A model generated the notes under the pieces. That model did no database searches. It had not been told where the DNA came from and saw nothing but the letters and a program-made list of their open reading frames with translations. 64,000 nucleotides of DNA from Vermamoeba vermiformis (taxonomy: Eukaryota): the NCBI GenBank assembly GCA_045837725.1, contig JBEWZL010000096.1, forward strand, positions 1 to 64,000, written 5' to 3'. Position numbers and translations under genes: made by a program. Below are positions 42,930 through 56,499 of the stretch, piece after piece; position 1 is the stretch's first letter; each line of letters starts with the position of its first letter.

Positions 42930-45900
42930 TTAATCTAACAATAACTCAGTGTACACCGCGCCTATGATCGAAAAAATATCAACAGCTCGATCATAATGCT
43001 GCAATCGTTCTTGCACGACATTAACATTTTCTTTCATGCTCGCACTCGTTTTGCCGAGTCTGTAGTGTGCCAATGCCTCTTCATATAACATTCCCAACTT
43101 GATAGCTGTTTGCACGGACCGTTCCCATTGTTTAATCGCACGGTCTTGTCGTCCTTGTACTAACTCTTGCAATCCTTGAAGTGAAGAAAGTCGAGGTTCC
43201 ATAAAAGGGAAAATTTCCGCGAACTTAGCCAAGTGCGTGATAGCTTTGTTGATCTTCATCGACATTTTTGAGGGCGATAATCGTCTCGCTGTATCGGCAT
43301 TAGGTCCGCTAGTAGGTCTGTTCTTCTGCATCTCCAGCATGAAAGTCAGGTACACCTCTGCTGGGGAGAAATATCCGGGGAACGTGAAGTACGCCGTCGG
43401 CTCGCATTTGTCCAACAGTGCGACTACGGTGTCAGCTGTGCGCACTGCCATTTCAAAGTCTCGTTTGTACAAGTAGCACAGTGCCATCAAGCCGTGGAAG
43501 TTTATCTCTGAAGCCATGTCTAACCGATAGTCCCGATTGTTGCCTATTAAAGAACACATCGTTAGCACTGGAACAAAGCTAATATAATATTAACATTTCT
43601 ACGTACCAATCAACCCTTCAATCTCCTGCAAGATCGACATTGCTTTGTCGGATTGACCAAGAGCCAAGCGTGTGCGTGCCAGAGTGGTCAAGCCCAACAC
43701 AAACGACTGCGTGTCACCACGCTTTCTCGCACTCTCGACTGCATCGTCCATCAACTCCAAGCAGGAGTAGATCTTGCCTTGCAAGAACAAACAAGTGGAC
43801 TGGAAGTACGTGCACTCCTCGACAAGTCTGCAGTCTCCGAGGTTGTTGCCGAGTTCGATGGCTTGTTTGAATGCATCGATGGCTTTGTCCCAATTGCAGA
43901 CACCGCTGTAGTACATGCCAGTCATTTGCAGGACGTTGGCAAGCGGGGCGGAGTCGGTCGAAGAGTACTGCTTTGAGAAGAACATGCCCATGTCGATAAA
44001 GTTCTCCGCCAGCTGATTCTTCTTGTGAATACTCAGCGTTAATATACAGTTGCCATAGGCTTCGCAGAGTGCTTTAGAAATGCCAATCTCTTCGGCTTGT
44101 TTCAACGCCATCAAGTTGCAGTATGTAATGACGTTCTTGTTGCACGCGTAGTAGTTGACTTTGCCCATACCAAGCAAGATCAAAATGTATTCTTTCACTT
44201 CTTCTGACACTTGAACTAACGTGCGGATTCTCTTCGAGCTCTTCTTTTTATCTTTGACATCTAAAAACGAGCGTTAGAGAAATCTCACGAGGATTGGCGT
44301 GACACGTACTTTCAGGGGCATTCAAGTCACCCTTGGACGAGACACTTTTGATGGACTTTGGATCGATGTGAGGCGTGGTAACTGACTTGAGCTTCGACAA
44401 AAGTTGTTGCGCTGTCGTTGTTTTCAACGGTTTGTTCATCAAGTTGAGGGCTGTTTCCAAGTGTTCTGACGCTTTGTCCATCAAACCTTGGTTATAAAAC
44501 GCTTGACCCAGCTGTCTCTGCCATCGGATCAAGGTCCAGACTTCGGGGTCATCTTGATTTTTGTTCTCTTCGCCAATAACTTTAGCTTTGCTAGGTCGTG
44601 ATGAAACAGCTGAATCGGTTGTTTGAGTCGCAGGCTTCGCCTTATTTCTAAGAAAGTATCATTAGAATCGGTTTGTTACTCAGCGAGCGAATGTATGGTA
44701 CGTACTTTAGTTCAATGGCTTCGTTCAAGAAGTTCACCGCTTCACGATTGGCAAAGCTGTCCAGCGCGTGCTCACCAGCCTTTGCTAACCAAACAACGGC
44801 CAGGTCCCACCGTTCAGCTTGCTTGTAATGATGGGCCAACAAACTGTACGACGGCGTTTGATCTTGCTTCGAGTTGACGTACCATTCAGCAACTTTTTCG
44901 TGCACTTGTCGTCGTTGAGCATACAACATTTGTGCGTAAATAACTTCTTGCATCATAATCTGCTTGAATAGGTACGTCAAAGGCTTTTCGGAACGCAGCG
45001 AGATGAAGTCAAGCGAGTCGAGTTGTTCCAGATCTGCTTTGATGCTTTGAACGTCTGCCTTTGTGGTGTATGCAGGCATGATATCTTTCAGCAAATCGAA
45101 GGGGAAGGCACGGCCAATGACCGCCGCGACCTTCAAGATCATTTGTTGACTTTGTGGCAGCCTGTCGACCTTGCTAGTGATCAAGGCGCGCAAGTTACTT
45201 GGGAACACCGTGGAATCGCTGCGAACGAGTTTTCGGTTCATGATAATCTCGCCCTGCGGAGATACTTCGAATCGACCAGAGGCTCTGAGGGCATCGATCA
45301 ACTCGATTGAAAGTAACGGCTCACCGCCACCACGTTCAATAACTTGTTGCGCAATGTCTACGGGCAGTGTCTTGCACCCGAGCCTGAAAGCAGCAATGGC
45401 TTTGATCGACTCAGCATCGAGGTTCTTGAGCGTGATCTTCTTGGCTGTAGGCAGCTTGCCAATCTTTTCGAAGTCCAGTGGAGGTTCAGTCTCGAACGGT
45501 CGATAGGCCACCAAAAACAATGAGCCCTTCAGTGTTTGTGCGGCAGCTAGAGTCAACGACCAGCTCTGTGAGTCCAACCATTGAGCGTTCTCCAAAGTGA
45601 ACATGGTGAAGTCGCTCGCTTGCAGTAATCGCAGCAACAAAACTTGCAAGTTCTCGGCCTTGACTTGACCAGACATTTGCTCGGTCTTTTCGTTTTCAGG
45701 CAGATCCCAGCCAAGCACGGGGTTCAACAACGGAGCCAATTCATTCACGTCTGAAATTCCGAGTTCGTCGAGGGTCTTGTTGACGTGCTCGGCCTTCTCT
45801 TGCGGTGTCAACAAGAACATATCTTCGGCGTTCAAAATCACCGTAAAAATTTCGTGCCAAGCGTAGTAAGGCGTGCTGGCTTCGATAGCGAGACCAGATC

Positions 45901-48900
45901 CGACGACAGACTTGATTTTCTTGTCGTTTGCTGTGTTCAAGAATTCTTGGAGCAGTCTTGTCTTGCCAATACCAGCTTGACCTTCGATTAAAATGACGTG
46001 CGGATCTTCGATATTATCTTCGTTATCTTCCTCCTTCGAGTTTTCCTTCTCGCGCTCGACACGAACCAGCCATTCGATCTCTTTGTTCAATTGTTTGAGC
46101 TCTTCAACACGACCAAAGATGGGCATATTTGATCGGTCCAGTCGACCCATGTTCGATAAAGACCGGCCAGATCGAGGTGTGATTCCCTTTCGCTTAGTGA
46201 ATCTTAAACTGCCGCGCAAAGTTGTCGTGCGGCCGCTAATGCTGCGCTTTTCAGCCTCTTTGACCGGCGAGTAGATCTCGATTGGCATGTTCTTGCCCTT
46301 CACCATGATCGGTGCCAAGGTGTTGAATCGCAATTGGCTCTTGCTGGCAGTGAAGGTTGGATTGTCGACCAAGACCTTTCCGTCAGCCTTGGCCATGAGT
46401 CGAGCGGACAAGTTGACGATATCTCCGACCATGGCATATTCACGACGTTCTTCACTACCCACTGCACCACAGAAGGCCTTGCCCGTTGTAACACCGATCG
46501 AGGACTTGATCTCGATTTGTTGCAGCTTCTTTTGAATCAAAAGTGCTGTTTTGACAGCACGTGACGGGTCATCTTCGTGACTGAGAGGTGGCAAACCAAA
46601 AGCAGCAATAAAGACTGAGCCCTTGTCGTCAACAATGAACTAGCCACCAAGATTAGTATATTACTATATTTGGAAATATTGATGAACATACCTGTCTGAC
46701 GGTGCCTTCATAGTGATACACAGCAGATTGCATCGCTTTCATGGCCTCTTGAATCTTCGGAATAGCCTCCGTTGAGAAGGTCAAACCAATGTTAACAAAA
46801 ATGACTGAAATGCTGCGCAACTCGGCCAAGAAATGTTCCGGTGAGCCAGAGCTCAAGTGACCGAGCACGGCGGGCTGCACGTACGGCGAGATCATGTTCT
46901 TTGTTTGTTCTGCGTGCGGCAATGGCAGTGTGGGTGGCAGTTCGACGGGATTGGTAACTTTTTCCAATCTGAAGCACGTGCTGTCATCTAACTTCGACAA
47001 CATTTTCTTCTTTGGCGGACCTTTCCTGTCTTTAGGCTGGTCCTTGGCGTCCACTGAGACTTGAATGCTGTCAAAGATGGCCTTGGCTGCTTGTTGTGAT
47101 ATGTACACTTCGCCAGGCTGTGCAGTGTGCTCGCACTCAGCTACTTGTTCGAGCGGATCTCCAGCGATGAAGAACTCGGTGTGATCAGGAACACCCACGT
47201 GGATGCCTGAGACCATGCCCGCACCAATACCCACGTGTAATGTCAACGTGCACTCGTCGGCTTTGAACTCGTGCAAATGTTCTTGCATTGCCAAAGAGCA
47301 CTGTGTGGCCAACATAATCGCATAACGCAAGTTTTGTTCTAATTCATATCGTTAGTATTATAGTAACAGTAAAATAAGTAACGAAGCACGTACCATTGTT
47401 AGTGGGCCAAATGGCCAATAAAGCGTCACCGGCAAACTTGACAATGTCACCGCCGTGGTTGTGAATCAAGTTGATCATTTGTCCAAAATATTCGTTCAAA
47501 TAAGCTGTCAGTTGTTCCACTCCTCGCGATCCTAATTTGGCAAGTTTTTCAGCCAATGGTGTGAAGCCCGAAATATCAGCAAACAACACGCAAGCGTGGT
47601 ATTGCTCGTTCTCTGGCGGCTCTAACGCGACGTGTTTTCGAATGAACCTTCGAAGCACGAGCTTGGGGACGTAAGAAGACAGTGCTTGAATTAACATGGT
47701 CTGTTGCAGATCTGGTCTTTTGTCGCTCATATTCGGATCTTGTTGGTCAACCCAGAACGCAGAATAGTAAAAGGCTTGATCGGGCTTGGGAGACAATGAA
47801 TTCGCTGCTTCGTCTTCTTCGATTTTCTTCAAGTTGTTCAAGTTCAGCTTCATCGCGTGTTCGCCAGATCCACGTTGAATTTTTTTGTAATCGCGAATTT
47901 CGTCTTCGGCGAAACGGAATAATTGTCCGTCATCGTCAAAATTGTGACTTAAAGTCACGTGACTGATAAAACCTTCTTTTTCAAGCTCGCGGCCGAGAGC
48001 AATAGCTTCAGACTTTGTATTTTTAAGATTCTCCTCGATCCACTTAACGAGTTCAGAAGCTTTAAATGAATGCGTTAATATACCTCTACGCTATAATAAT
48101 AACCGTTATACTAATGCTTACCGACAAAACATTTGTTAAACAAACGCAATTTGACTCTTCTATTTTTAATTGAAACACCGCTCGTTTTGTGTCTCATTCT
48201 TGCCACTATATCGGACAAGCGCTTTCGTTGCTGTAAATAATGATTAATAACTATAATACTGCTATTACTTAATCTCGCCGTACATCTGAGCGCCGAGGTG
48301 ATGGCGTGACTTCGCTGCTATCGAGCAAAATGCCTGCACGCGTTAACGAGCCTAATGTATCGAGCGACAGCAACGTAGGAATCGTTGGATTGCTGCCTGA
48401 GACCTTTAGCGCGGGCAATATCGTCTCTGGACTGCCGTCTGTTTAAAAATTATTAGCGTTGCGTAAAAGACCTGGAAAAATGAAAAGTATCGCTAGAAAG
48501 ATTTTTATCGTAATAAAGTAGTTTCCACCGTAAATGCCCGTATTTACAAAATAATTTCAGTGTAAATTAATTTAATTAAACTATAATGTCCATAAAAGGG
48601 CAAAAAGCGAATTTGGCTGGTGTCGATTACTATTCTATTATTTTGGTCATATTTATTTTTTCGTGCGTGCAAAATTACTGTATTTATTCGAGCGAGGCAA
48701 ATTTGAGCTTATTCTTTTTATCGAAAGCGATCTGATAAAAGATTTTCCATTTCAAAAATAGTATCAATTTTAAATCAAGCGCCTTCTAGCAGTCTTAATA
48801 TGCATTTGCGCAATGTACGTATGCATGCCATATTATCATCTTAAAATAACTCGAGTAACTTACCTCGTTTTGCGTTGAAACTGAATTCGGTCAATCCGAT

Positions 48901-49521
48901 CTCCCCGAGTGTTTTGGTGATATCAATCTCGTTACCAGCCATATCTTTTGGTACATATTTGTCAAGGTTAAGATCTTCTCGTAATTCACACAATTTCTCC
49001 AACACATCTTTGACTGTTCGCTCGGGTCTGATGAGCGTGCTATGCACTTGCCCTTTAGGCAAATAAATCTTCAATATTCGGCCGCTATTAACGCCGTCTT
49101 CTTTGCCTGACATTGAAGCGTGTTCGTTAGAGGACCAGGAGCAACGAAGAAAAAAAAATAACGATCACCCTTCAAGTCATCATTTTGAAGAGAATTTAAC
49201 TAAAAAAATTTAGAATATATTTAAGATAGTATTATATATGCGAATTGCGCCATTAAAATTATAGTTTATAGATGTGAAAAAGCGTTAGTACTCACTGGCT
49301 TCCTTATGGTCCCCAGACTTGGAACTGAACGAAGGTCTTCGTTTCGATCTACTACTGTTATCACTTAATCTCTTTAATTGCTTCGGAGACGTTTTGGCTG
49401 AGAGATGAGTAAGATTTAGGTTGAGATTTCCAGACCCCGGAGGAGTACCCGGCGGGTCTGATGATCGCTTTGATGATAAATTATTCGTGCTATGAACCTT
49501 CTTTATAACTGGTGAAGACAT
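42930..49521 (-). CDS. Soluble adenylyl cyclase type-10-like protein: RBD-DEP-cyclase C1-C2-STAND NTPase-TPR
   Basis: RBD-like LKIYLPKGQVHSTLIRPERTVKDVLEKLC; DEP GVSIKNRRVKLRLFNKCFVASELVKW..EAIALGREL..GFISHV..HNFDDDGQLFRF; C1 FADISGFT, DIVKFAGDAL; C2 VDDKG, EYAMVGDIVNLSARLM; P-loop GQAGIGKT; TPR-like C-terminus. Confidence 0.88.
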
Positions 49522-49874
49522 TGCTACTCTTTCTTTTGAAGTTGAAATTTACAGATTCGACAATATATAATACAAGGAGGCGATAATACTAATATAACAT
49601 CGCCAAGTATATGGTATTGTACACACGCTAATGATAAAAAGTAGCGGAGCTTCGGGCAGATTTTTCTTCGGTGGAACAAGGTTTTTTCGCGTGCGCTAAA
49701 TTTTTAGTTGTTAATTAACCGTACATAACGTGGCATCGCATGAATTGAGCTTTTAACGGCGAATTTATAGCCTCTTTGCCTGAGCTTTTCCCATCATAAT
49801 CAGATCTCACACTAACGCATTTCAGTTTACTATGTACAAATTTGATACAAATATTTACAAGAGCAAATGAGTAA

Positions 49875-52734
49875 TTACTCTTTGCGCAGCACAATGTCTC
49901 CGCGCGATTTGGAAGACTTTTTCTTTTCTTCCTTCTTCATAAGCTTGATCAGCTTGTCTTTCTTCACATCCTCCTTCGAGATGTTCAAACTCATGCGCTT
50001 CATTTTAGCTAAAGATATCATCATTAGTAAGTAGTCGAGACCTCGACAATATTCCACGAGTCCTTACCATCAAGAGATTCAGACGAAGTTGAGCTCGTGA
50101 GGGTGAAATCGTCGTTCGACTTATGTCTCGAGCTGTCCTTGGGACTCAGTAATGAATCAGGACTGAGCGTGCCAGCTGCAGGTGATGTGACCCCGGAGTC
50201 ACCTAAGCGTGTGTATAAGTAAAAGTTGAATCGAAGGTGTTTGTACGGCGTGCTACCCGCGGCAAGTAGCCACCTAGCCGTTACAATATTTGTTGGAGAC
50301 TTACTTCCTTCGCTCGAAGACTTAGCTCGACTTCTTCGTGTCGAGGGCAGTGACATTGTCTTGTAAATGGAATTGTCTTTCAAGGCACCTTTCATGCCAG
50401 CACGTGCTGCGTCAAAATTGATCGAGCTAGGCTCGTTAGCCATTGACAACGCATCCAGCTCCTCGACCGAAATATCCGGTCGAATAGCATCCAGATAATC
50501 GCGTAGTGCCTGATAGGGCGCAAAAATATAGGACTTGAGTTGCGCTTGGCGGATGTACTCCAACAGTTGACCCCTACAAGATCCAAATTAGGCTTTGATT
50601 GTACATTCGCTTAAATTTAGTCTGAAAGTAACGTACATTTGATCCAGCTTCTTAGTATCGATGACGCCTTGCGCAATAAAGTCCTCGGTACCCTCTTCGT
50701 GGTACAGAAGATCCTTCAAGTAAATCTCTTGGCACGGGATCAGAGGCATCTGACGAGTCTCAATGAACTTTCTGTAGTTCTTGAAGTTATTCTTCGGGGA
50801 CATTAAGCTGCACAACTTCTTCCAAATAACAAAGTACTTGTTGGGGATATTCTATATTTAGTTGAAAGATTTTAGCGCAACGGTAACATTTAAACCGAAT
50901 CTTGGCTTACCTTCCATGTCTGAGTCATTCGAACGACGCCAGGGAAGTTCAGTGCAAGGTAGAATGCCATTAAGGCGTTGAAGTTGTTCATGTCAAGCAA
51001 GAACTAGATTTGCAAAAAGTTAGTCGTGTACCGGAAATAATTACTGAAACGTATCAAAAAATCCGCAGTTGCGATCATACAAACACAAAACTATATTATA
51101 TCGGTAGGTGGCAATGGTATGATGAGCACAGATCAAGGCGTAGATAAAAAAAATTTATGTGGATGCAGTTGACTTACCCTCGCGATCTTGATAATGTGCG
51201 TCAAGATTGCCGCTCGTTTCTTAGGAGTGTTGGGACTAATTGCTTGATAGGCGATCCAATACGCGAGCTGATTAACTTTCTTGCCTGCAGCTTCGATTGT
51301 CGGGCTTTGTTTTTTAATCCAACGAGTTTTCAACATTTCGCTTAGTTTGATGTTCTTAAGCATTTCGTGGTCAATCAACGTGAGTTGACGAGCGATTTCT
51401 TCGGGCTCGAAGTCAGTCTATTGCAACAAAGGTTCGGTTAGACCAGATTTGTAAAGGAATTGTACTCCGCCGTTAAGTTTTTGCAAAGTAACCGAAACCA
51501 AAATTATTCAATAATCTACGATGACACGAAATAATATAGGCTATTTTCATTTAATTTTGGGCAATGGAGTACTTACGAGTTCCCAATCCTCTTTTTTCGA
51601 TTTTTTCTTCTTTGTTTTCATGATGCTCGGTCTCTCGCTAGGTTTAGGTGCAGACAGCGCAACAGATAGGGGATCTCGAATAGCCTATAATAACGAGATT
51701 AGCATGAGCATTTTGACCATAAATGGAAATAGTGGATTGGATTCTCGTTCCAGTGGCCAGAGGGCACTTACCGAGATTGCCTTATCGATGTATGTAGACA
51801 AGCTATTATTGTTAGCCTTGAGGAACGTCAAAAATTCGTCTAAGCAGTCTCGTAGCTTTTTGTCAGATTCGAAGCTTGCAAAATTGACTTCAATCCATTT
51901 CTTGAAGATATTGACGATTCTACGCGCACGTTAGCCCTTGCTATGCTATATTATGATATTCATATTTGACATACCTGAACTGAACTACTTGGGCATTAGC
52001 GGCTTCTTCCGGATTTTTGAAGCTGTTGTCGGTCAAGGAAATGGTATTGGCAGGTAATTAATATTGTGAATCGGTAGTTACATTAATTGTATAAAGGATA
52101 CTGATGAACAAAGCGATTGAATAGGGCAACTGATGAAACAAAATGTTCGTGAGCGAGAATAAGGTGGTTGATCGCAACGAGATCTAAACAAAATATTATC
52201 GTTAGTTCAATTGAAATATCGGTAGTACAATGTATAATATCTTTTATAGGTTCATAATTTCTGCTCGGAAGTCACGGAAACCGAAGCGGATCATCATTAA
52301 TAAAAATTATTTAATTAATTACCTTGAGTTTCCTCAGCAAACACTTTAACGAGCTGGTCAAGCGTTGCTGCATCAATAATTTTACGACCTTCTTTAGTTG
52401 TCACGTAATTGACTGTCGGTGAAGCTGGTTCGGGTTTTTTGATGGGTGATTTGCCTCGTCGAGGAGATTTGGTCTCCACATCATCTTCATCGAGGTCTAG
52501 ATTTAAATCTCCTTCATCCGAGCTTGCGTCTAACATTAAATCAGAGTGACTTTCGGTGAACGTCTCTCTGGAGCCAGGATCGGACGAGTCATCCCGCGTT
52601 AGTTTGAACTCGTCGCCTGCAAGTTCCTCAACAATTGTTTCGTGGCATCCTCCTTTGACTGAATCCCAAGAGTTGACAAATATGTGCGTCTCGCTAACAC
52701 TGCGACGAGGTCGTCCATACATAACGGAAGCCAT
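49875..52734 (-). CDS. Ras guanine nucleotide exchange factor (REM plus CDC25 domain)
   Basis: IDAATLDQLV; VQFRIVNIFKKWIEVNF; FEPEEIARQLTLID; MNNFNALMAFYLAL; LMSPKNNFKNYR; PLIPCQEIYLKDL. Confidence 0.9.
52023..52101 (-). other. U12-type GT-AG intron in the RasGEF
   Basis: On the minus strand: 5' GTATCCTTTA, branch TTCCTTGAC, then CGACAACAG. Splicing gives NRFVH-H-FKNPEE in frame. Confidence 0.85.
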
Positions 52735-53451
52735 CTATAACGGTCAGATTCGTTAAACAAATCGAAATACTTCGTTTATCACTCGAACCGTATTATATAT
52801 AGAGAAAATAATGACGGCTTGTGTATTTCGAGTTGTCGTCGGAAAATGGAAATGAGTGTTTGCGAAAAAAAACTTGTGCCTTTGCAAATCACCGTGGGAG
52901 CTCCCAAAAAATAAAAATGTAGTTGACTTGCCTTATAAGGCTTTAAATAAAGAATCACGATGTAATCCACGAGGTTGTTCTAAGGATTGCCTTCCGAGTG
53001 ACGGAATTGACGTGGCGAATTTTCCTCAGCTTGGCTACATGAAGCAAACTAATTCCCGTATCCAATTATAGGGCAGATCCGCGAAGCATCAAATATTATT
53101 AGTATTTATTATTCGTTGCTGATTGATACGATCCAACTGGCTCTTCATTCATGAAAATAGATCGAGGTTCAATATCTCACCACTATTTTCCCGCGTTACA
53201 CAAAATGGGTTCAGTAATCTGACCGCACCTAGTTCTTATTCTACGTGATTTATAAAATTTAATACTCGAGTGGCTCGATAATTGTTCTTGGTTTTGGTTT
53301 CAATCGGGATGTGAACGAAAACTGATCGAAAATGGCGAGTAATTGAAATGATTTTCGGTATTTTGTCTCCCGATTGTTGAAGCTAGAGTTATAAAAATTG
53401 GAACACGGCTCATTTTATACTCAAACTTAATTAAAACACATCCACAACAAT

Positions 53452-54849
53452 ATGACTTTCCCGCTAGAGCCATTGCAAATAGTCAACATTGGCGCATATG
53501 TCCTGTACATAGTAATCCATATAGTCGGTCTCGTAGTACCAATAGGAGAAGCGAACTACGTGTAAGTGTCAAACATCAAGTCTGATTAAATTACGACTCC
53601 GATTTTAGTCTAATTCAGATAAATCACAATTTTACGTAACGAAAAAAGACTCGATAATTAATGGTATATTAGGGTTACTCGACTAGCATATTGGAATTGG
53701 TTTACGACCGCAGCTTTCGTGCCTGGCATGTGGGCGATCCTCGCAGCTTTATTAGGCGCCTTTACTGTTTGGCAAGCCCTGCCTAGAAATAGACACGTAA
53801 GTTTAACTAAATATTTGTTGAATTGAAGGCATCGAAAGCCTTCTCTAGTTCCGAAATTTCTCACGATCCATTTTTAGGACAAATTGATTACCACTGGAGT
53901 CTGGTACTTCTTCTTGGTCAGCTGCCTGTTGGTATTTGGATGGATTTTCGCCTTTCAAGTAAGGTCTTATTCGCTTAATTTTCGCGCTGTCACAATCGAC
54001 TTTTTTTGCCTCTTTAATCAATCAATTGTCGGAACAATGGCACATTGGATCGTAATCCCTTGGCAAAAATCATTGTGTTGCTAATATCCTTATTTAGTAC
54101 CAAAATATGGCCCTTGCATTCTCGATTATGGGTCTACTAGTCATTACTCAAGCATTGATCTACTTCCGCATCTATCGTGCTCGCCCTGGTCAACATCATC
54201 GATACAACAGATTGCGCTACTGGCTTGTTAAAGTGCCTTTCAGCGTCTTCTTTGCTTGGTCAATGTAAGTTAAAAGCTAGACCCTAATATCGATTGGTTA
54301 GTAACCTTTCGTGCTAGGTTCAATTTCGTGTCAGATCTGCACAATCTTGGTGCACAAGAGGGTTGGATGGTAAGTAGTATAGTCAACATATCAAGCGCGT
54401 ACTTACCGTTGAGCAGTTGGCAGAATCGATGATTTCTACCATCGTCTTCTCAGTGTTCCTTGCGTGCGTTTCCCTTGCTTTGATGCTGATCTACAGTGAC
54501 CCGTTCATCGCTATTGCCATGGGCTACTGCATCATCGGTATCTACGCTGACAAAATTATGATGATGCACGGACCTGTTGCACTGACAAGTAAGTCTACGG
54601 AGGATTCGGTGTTGTTTTCATCAATGCTTACCCTTGTTTTCAGCACTCGTTCTCTCGATTGTATTGCTGGGTGTCGGTGGCTTGTACTTGGCAATGCTGT
54701 GTGTTCTCTACGCATACAAGGTTGTGCACAAAAAGATGAAGCGTACTGCTCGTCAACAAGACGATATGAACGTGCAACTTGACGACTCGAAGGACAAAGA
54801 AAAGCTTAAAGACGTTATGGGCCCGACTCAATACCACCAAGAAGCCTAA
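53452..54849 (+). CDS. Multi-pass membrane protein resembling the TspO-related/tryptophan-rich sensory family
   Basis: LQIVNIGAYV; FTTAAFVPGMWAIL; WYFFLVSCLLVFGWIFAF; YWLVKVPFSVFFAW; DPFIAIAMGY. About eight TM segments. Confidence 0.55.
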
Positions 54850-55089
54850 ATAATATAGTTAAATGGAGCTTGATCACGATTAAAGCTACTATGAATATTT
54901 TTGTACATAAACAGCGAATCCAATAAAATAATTAGGTAATTTATGCTAAATAACGAGCAAATTTCTATAATTTTCAAGTGGGTCAATGGGATATTTAAGC
55001 AAGAGGTGGTGGAATGGTATTCTCAAACATTAGTTCATTACCACACAAGAATTTAATTCTGAATTGACGATTGGCAAACTGCACCGTAG

Positions 55090-56114
55090 ATGTCTCAACT
55101 TGTCGAAAAAGAAGTAAAAATAGCTTTACCTGACGCCACCATCGAAGGCAACCTAAGAATACCATCTGATGCATTTGGCATTGTTCTCTTCGCTCATGGA
55201 AGTGGCAGCAGCAGATTCAGGCAAGTTTAAGAAATTTCCAGTCCTTATTGATTATCTGGCCTGATAATGTGATTAATGGATGCGAACAATAGTATCTTTT
55301 GATTGGTATTTAAGAATTACGCGTACCGATCAATTTACGCTGATCGATCGGTGAGGTGATCCCCGCTTCTGACATTTTGCTTTCTAGCCCTAGAAATCAG
55401 CACGTCGCTAAACTCTTAGAGCAGTATGGCGTCGCTACACTCCTCATTGACTTATTGACACGAGACGAAGAGCGGATCGACGAAGTGACACGACACTTGC
55501 GCTTCGATGTGGGAATGTTATCTAATAGACTAATCGAAGTCAGTGATTGGTTGAAGCAAAATTCGCTCACTAAAGACTTGCCTATTGGTTATTTTGGAGC
55601 CAGTACTGGAGCTGCAGCTGGTATGTACCAAACAAACGAGATGAAGCTTGATCTTACTTACTTTTTTGCTAGCACTTCTGGCAGCTGCTAAAGACCATTC
55701 AATAAGAGCAGTTGTATCACGAGGCGGTCGTCCGGATCTGGCTGGTAAAGTCTCAAATTAAGATCTGCCATTAAATGTGAGCTGATCGGATGCGTCTTCC
55801 ACACAGGCCACCTTTTAAGTCATGTAATCGCGCCGACGTTATTGATTGTCGGTGGCAACGATGATATTGTTATTGGACTCAACCAGATCGCGCTCAGTTC
55901 GCTGGGCTCAAAAGGTACGCGAAGTTGGATTGAGACCAAATGCCTAAAAATTGAATATTAACCACCAAAAATTATAGAAAAAAAGATGAAAATTATTCCC
56001 GGCGCTACTCACCTGTTTGAAGAGCATGGAAAGCTGGATGCAGTTGCTAAATTGGCAGGTGAATGGTTCTCGACCTATTTGGCAATAGAACCTGAGAAAA
56101 AGGCGCAGGCATAA
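55090..56114 (+). CDS. Dienelactone hydrolase-family alpha/beta hydrolase (bacterial-like)
   Basis: GIVLFAHGSGSSRFS|PRN, LIDLLT, GYFGASTGAAA, AVVSRGGRPDLAG, PTLLIVGGND, IIPGATHLFEE. Confidence 0.88.
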
Positions 56115-56499
56115 CAGTGTCTATATTCAAACAATTTTGCATGTATTTGCTTTGAATAAATCCGCTTAGGATCATTTTTAAAACGGTATGCTGCCTATCG
56201 ATTTGGTTTGTTTGTTGCTTTTGATTTATATTAATGGCATAGTACTAAGGCATATATTTAAGAGTGCAAGATTTGACGGTTGGTGTTCGACATCTGTTTC
56301 GGGGCGAAATAACAAACGTCGATCGAGCTCCTTCTAGATTCTTCGAAGCCCGATTTCAAGTTCGTTGCTTTGCTTTGTCTTTAAAACGCAGACGCACGAG
56401 ACTGAGCGTTCACAAATGGAAAGTTCTAGACGAATCGATGACAGCTTCGTTTTCATTTCGAATTCCAAAAAGGCAAAATTTTTATTGGCTTTATTTTCA

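Noticed and set aside
54084-54091. ATATCCTT resembling a U12 5' splice site
   Set aside because: It lies between the CTAAT branch point and the AG of an ordinary GT-AG intron, not at an exon boundary.
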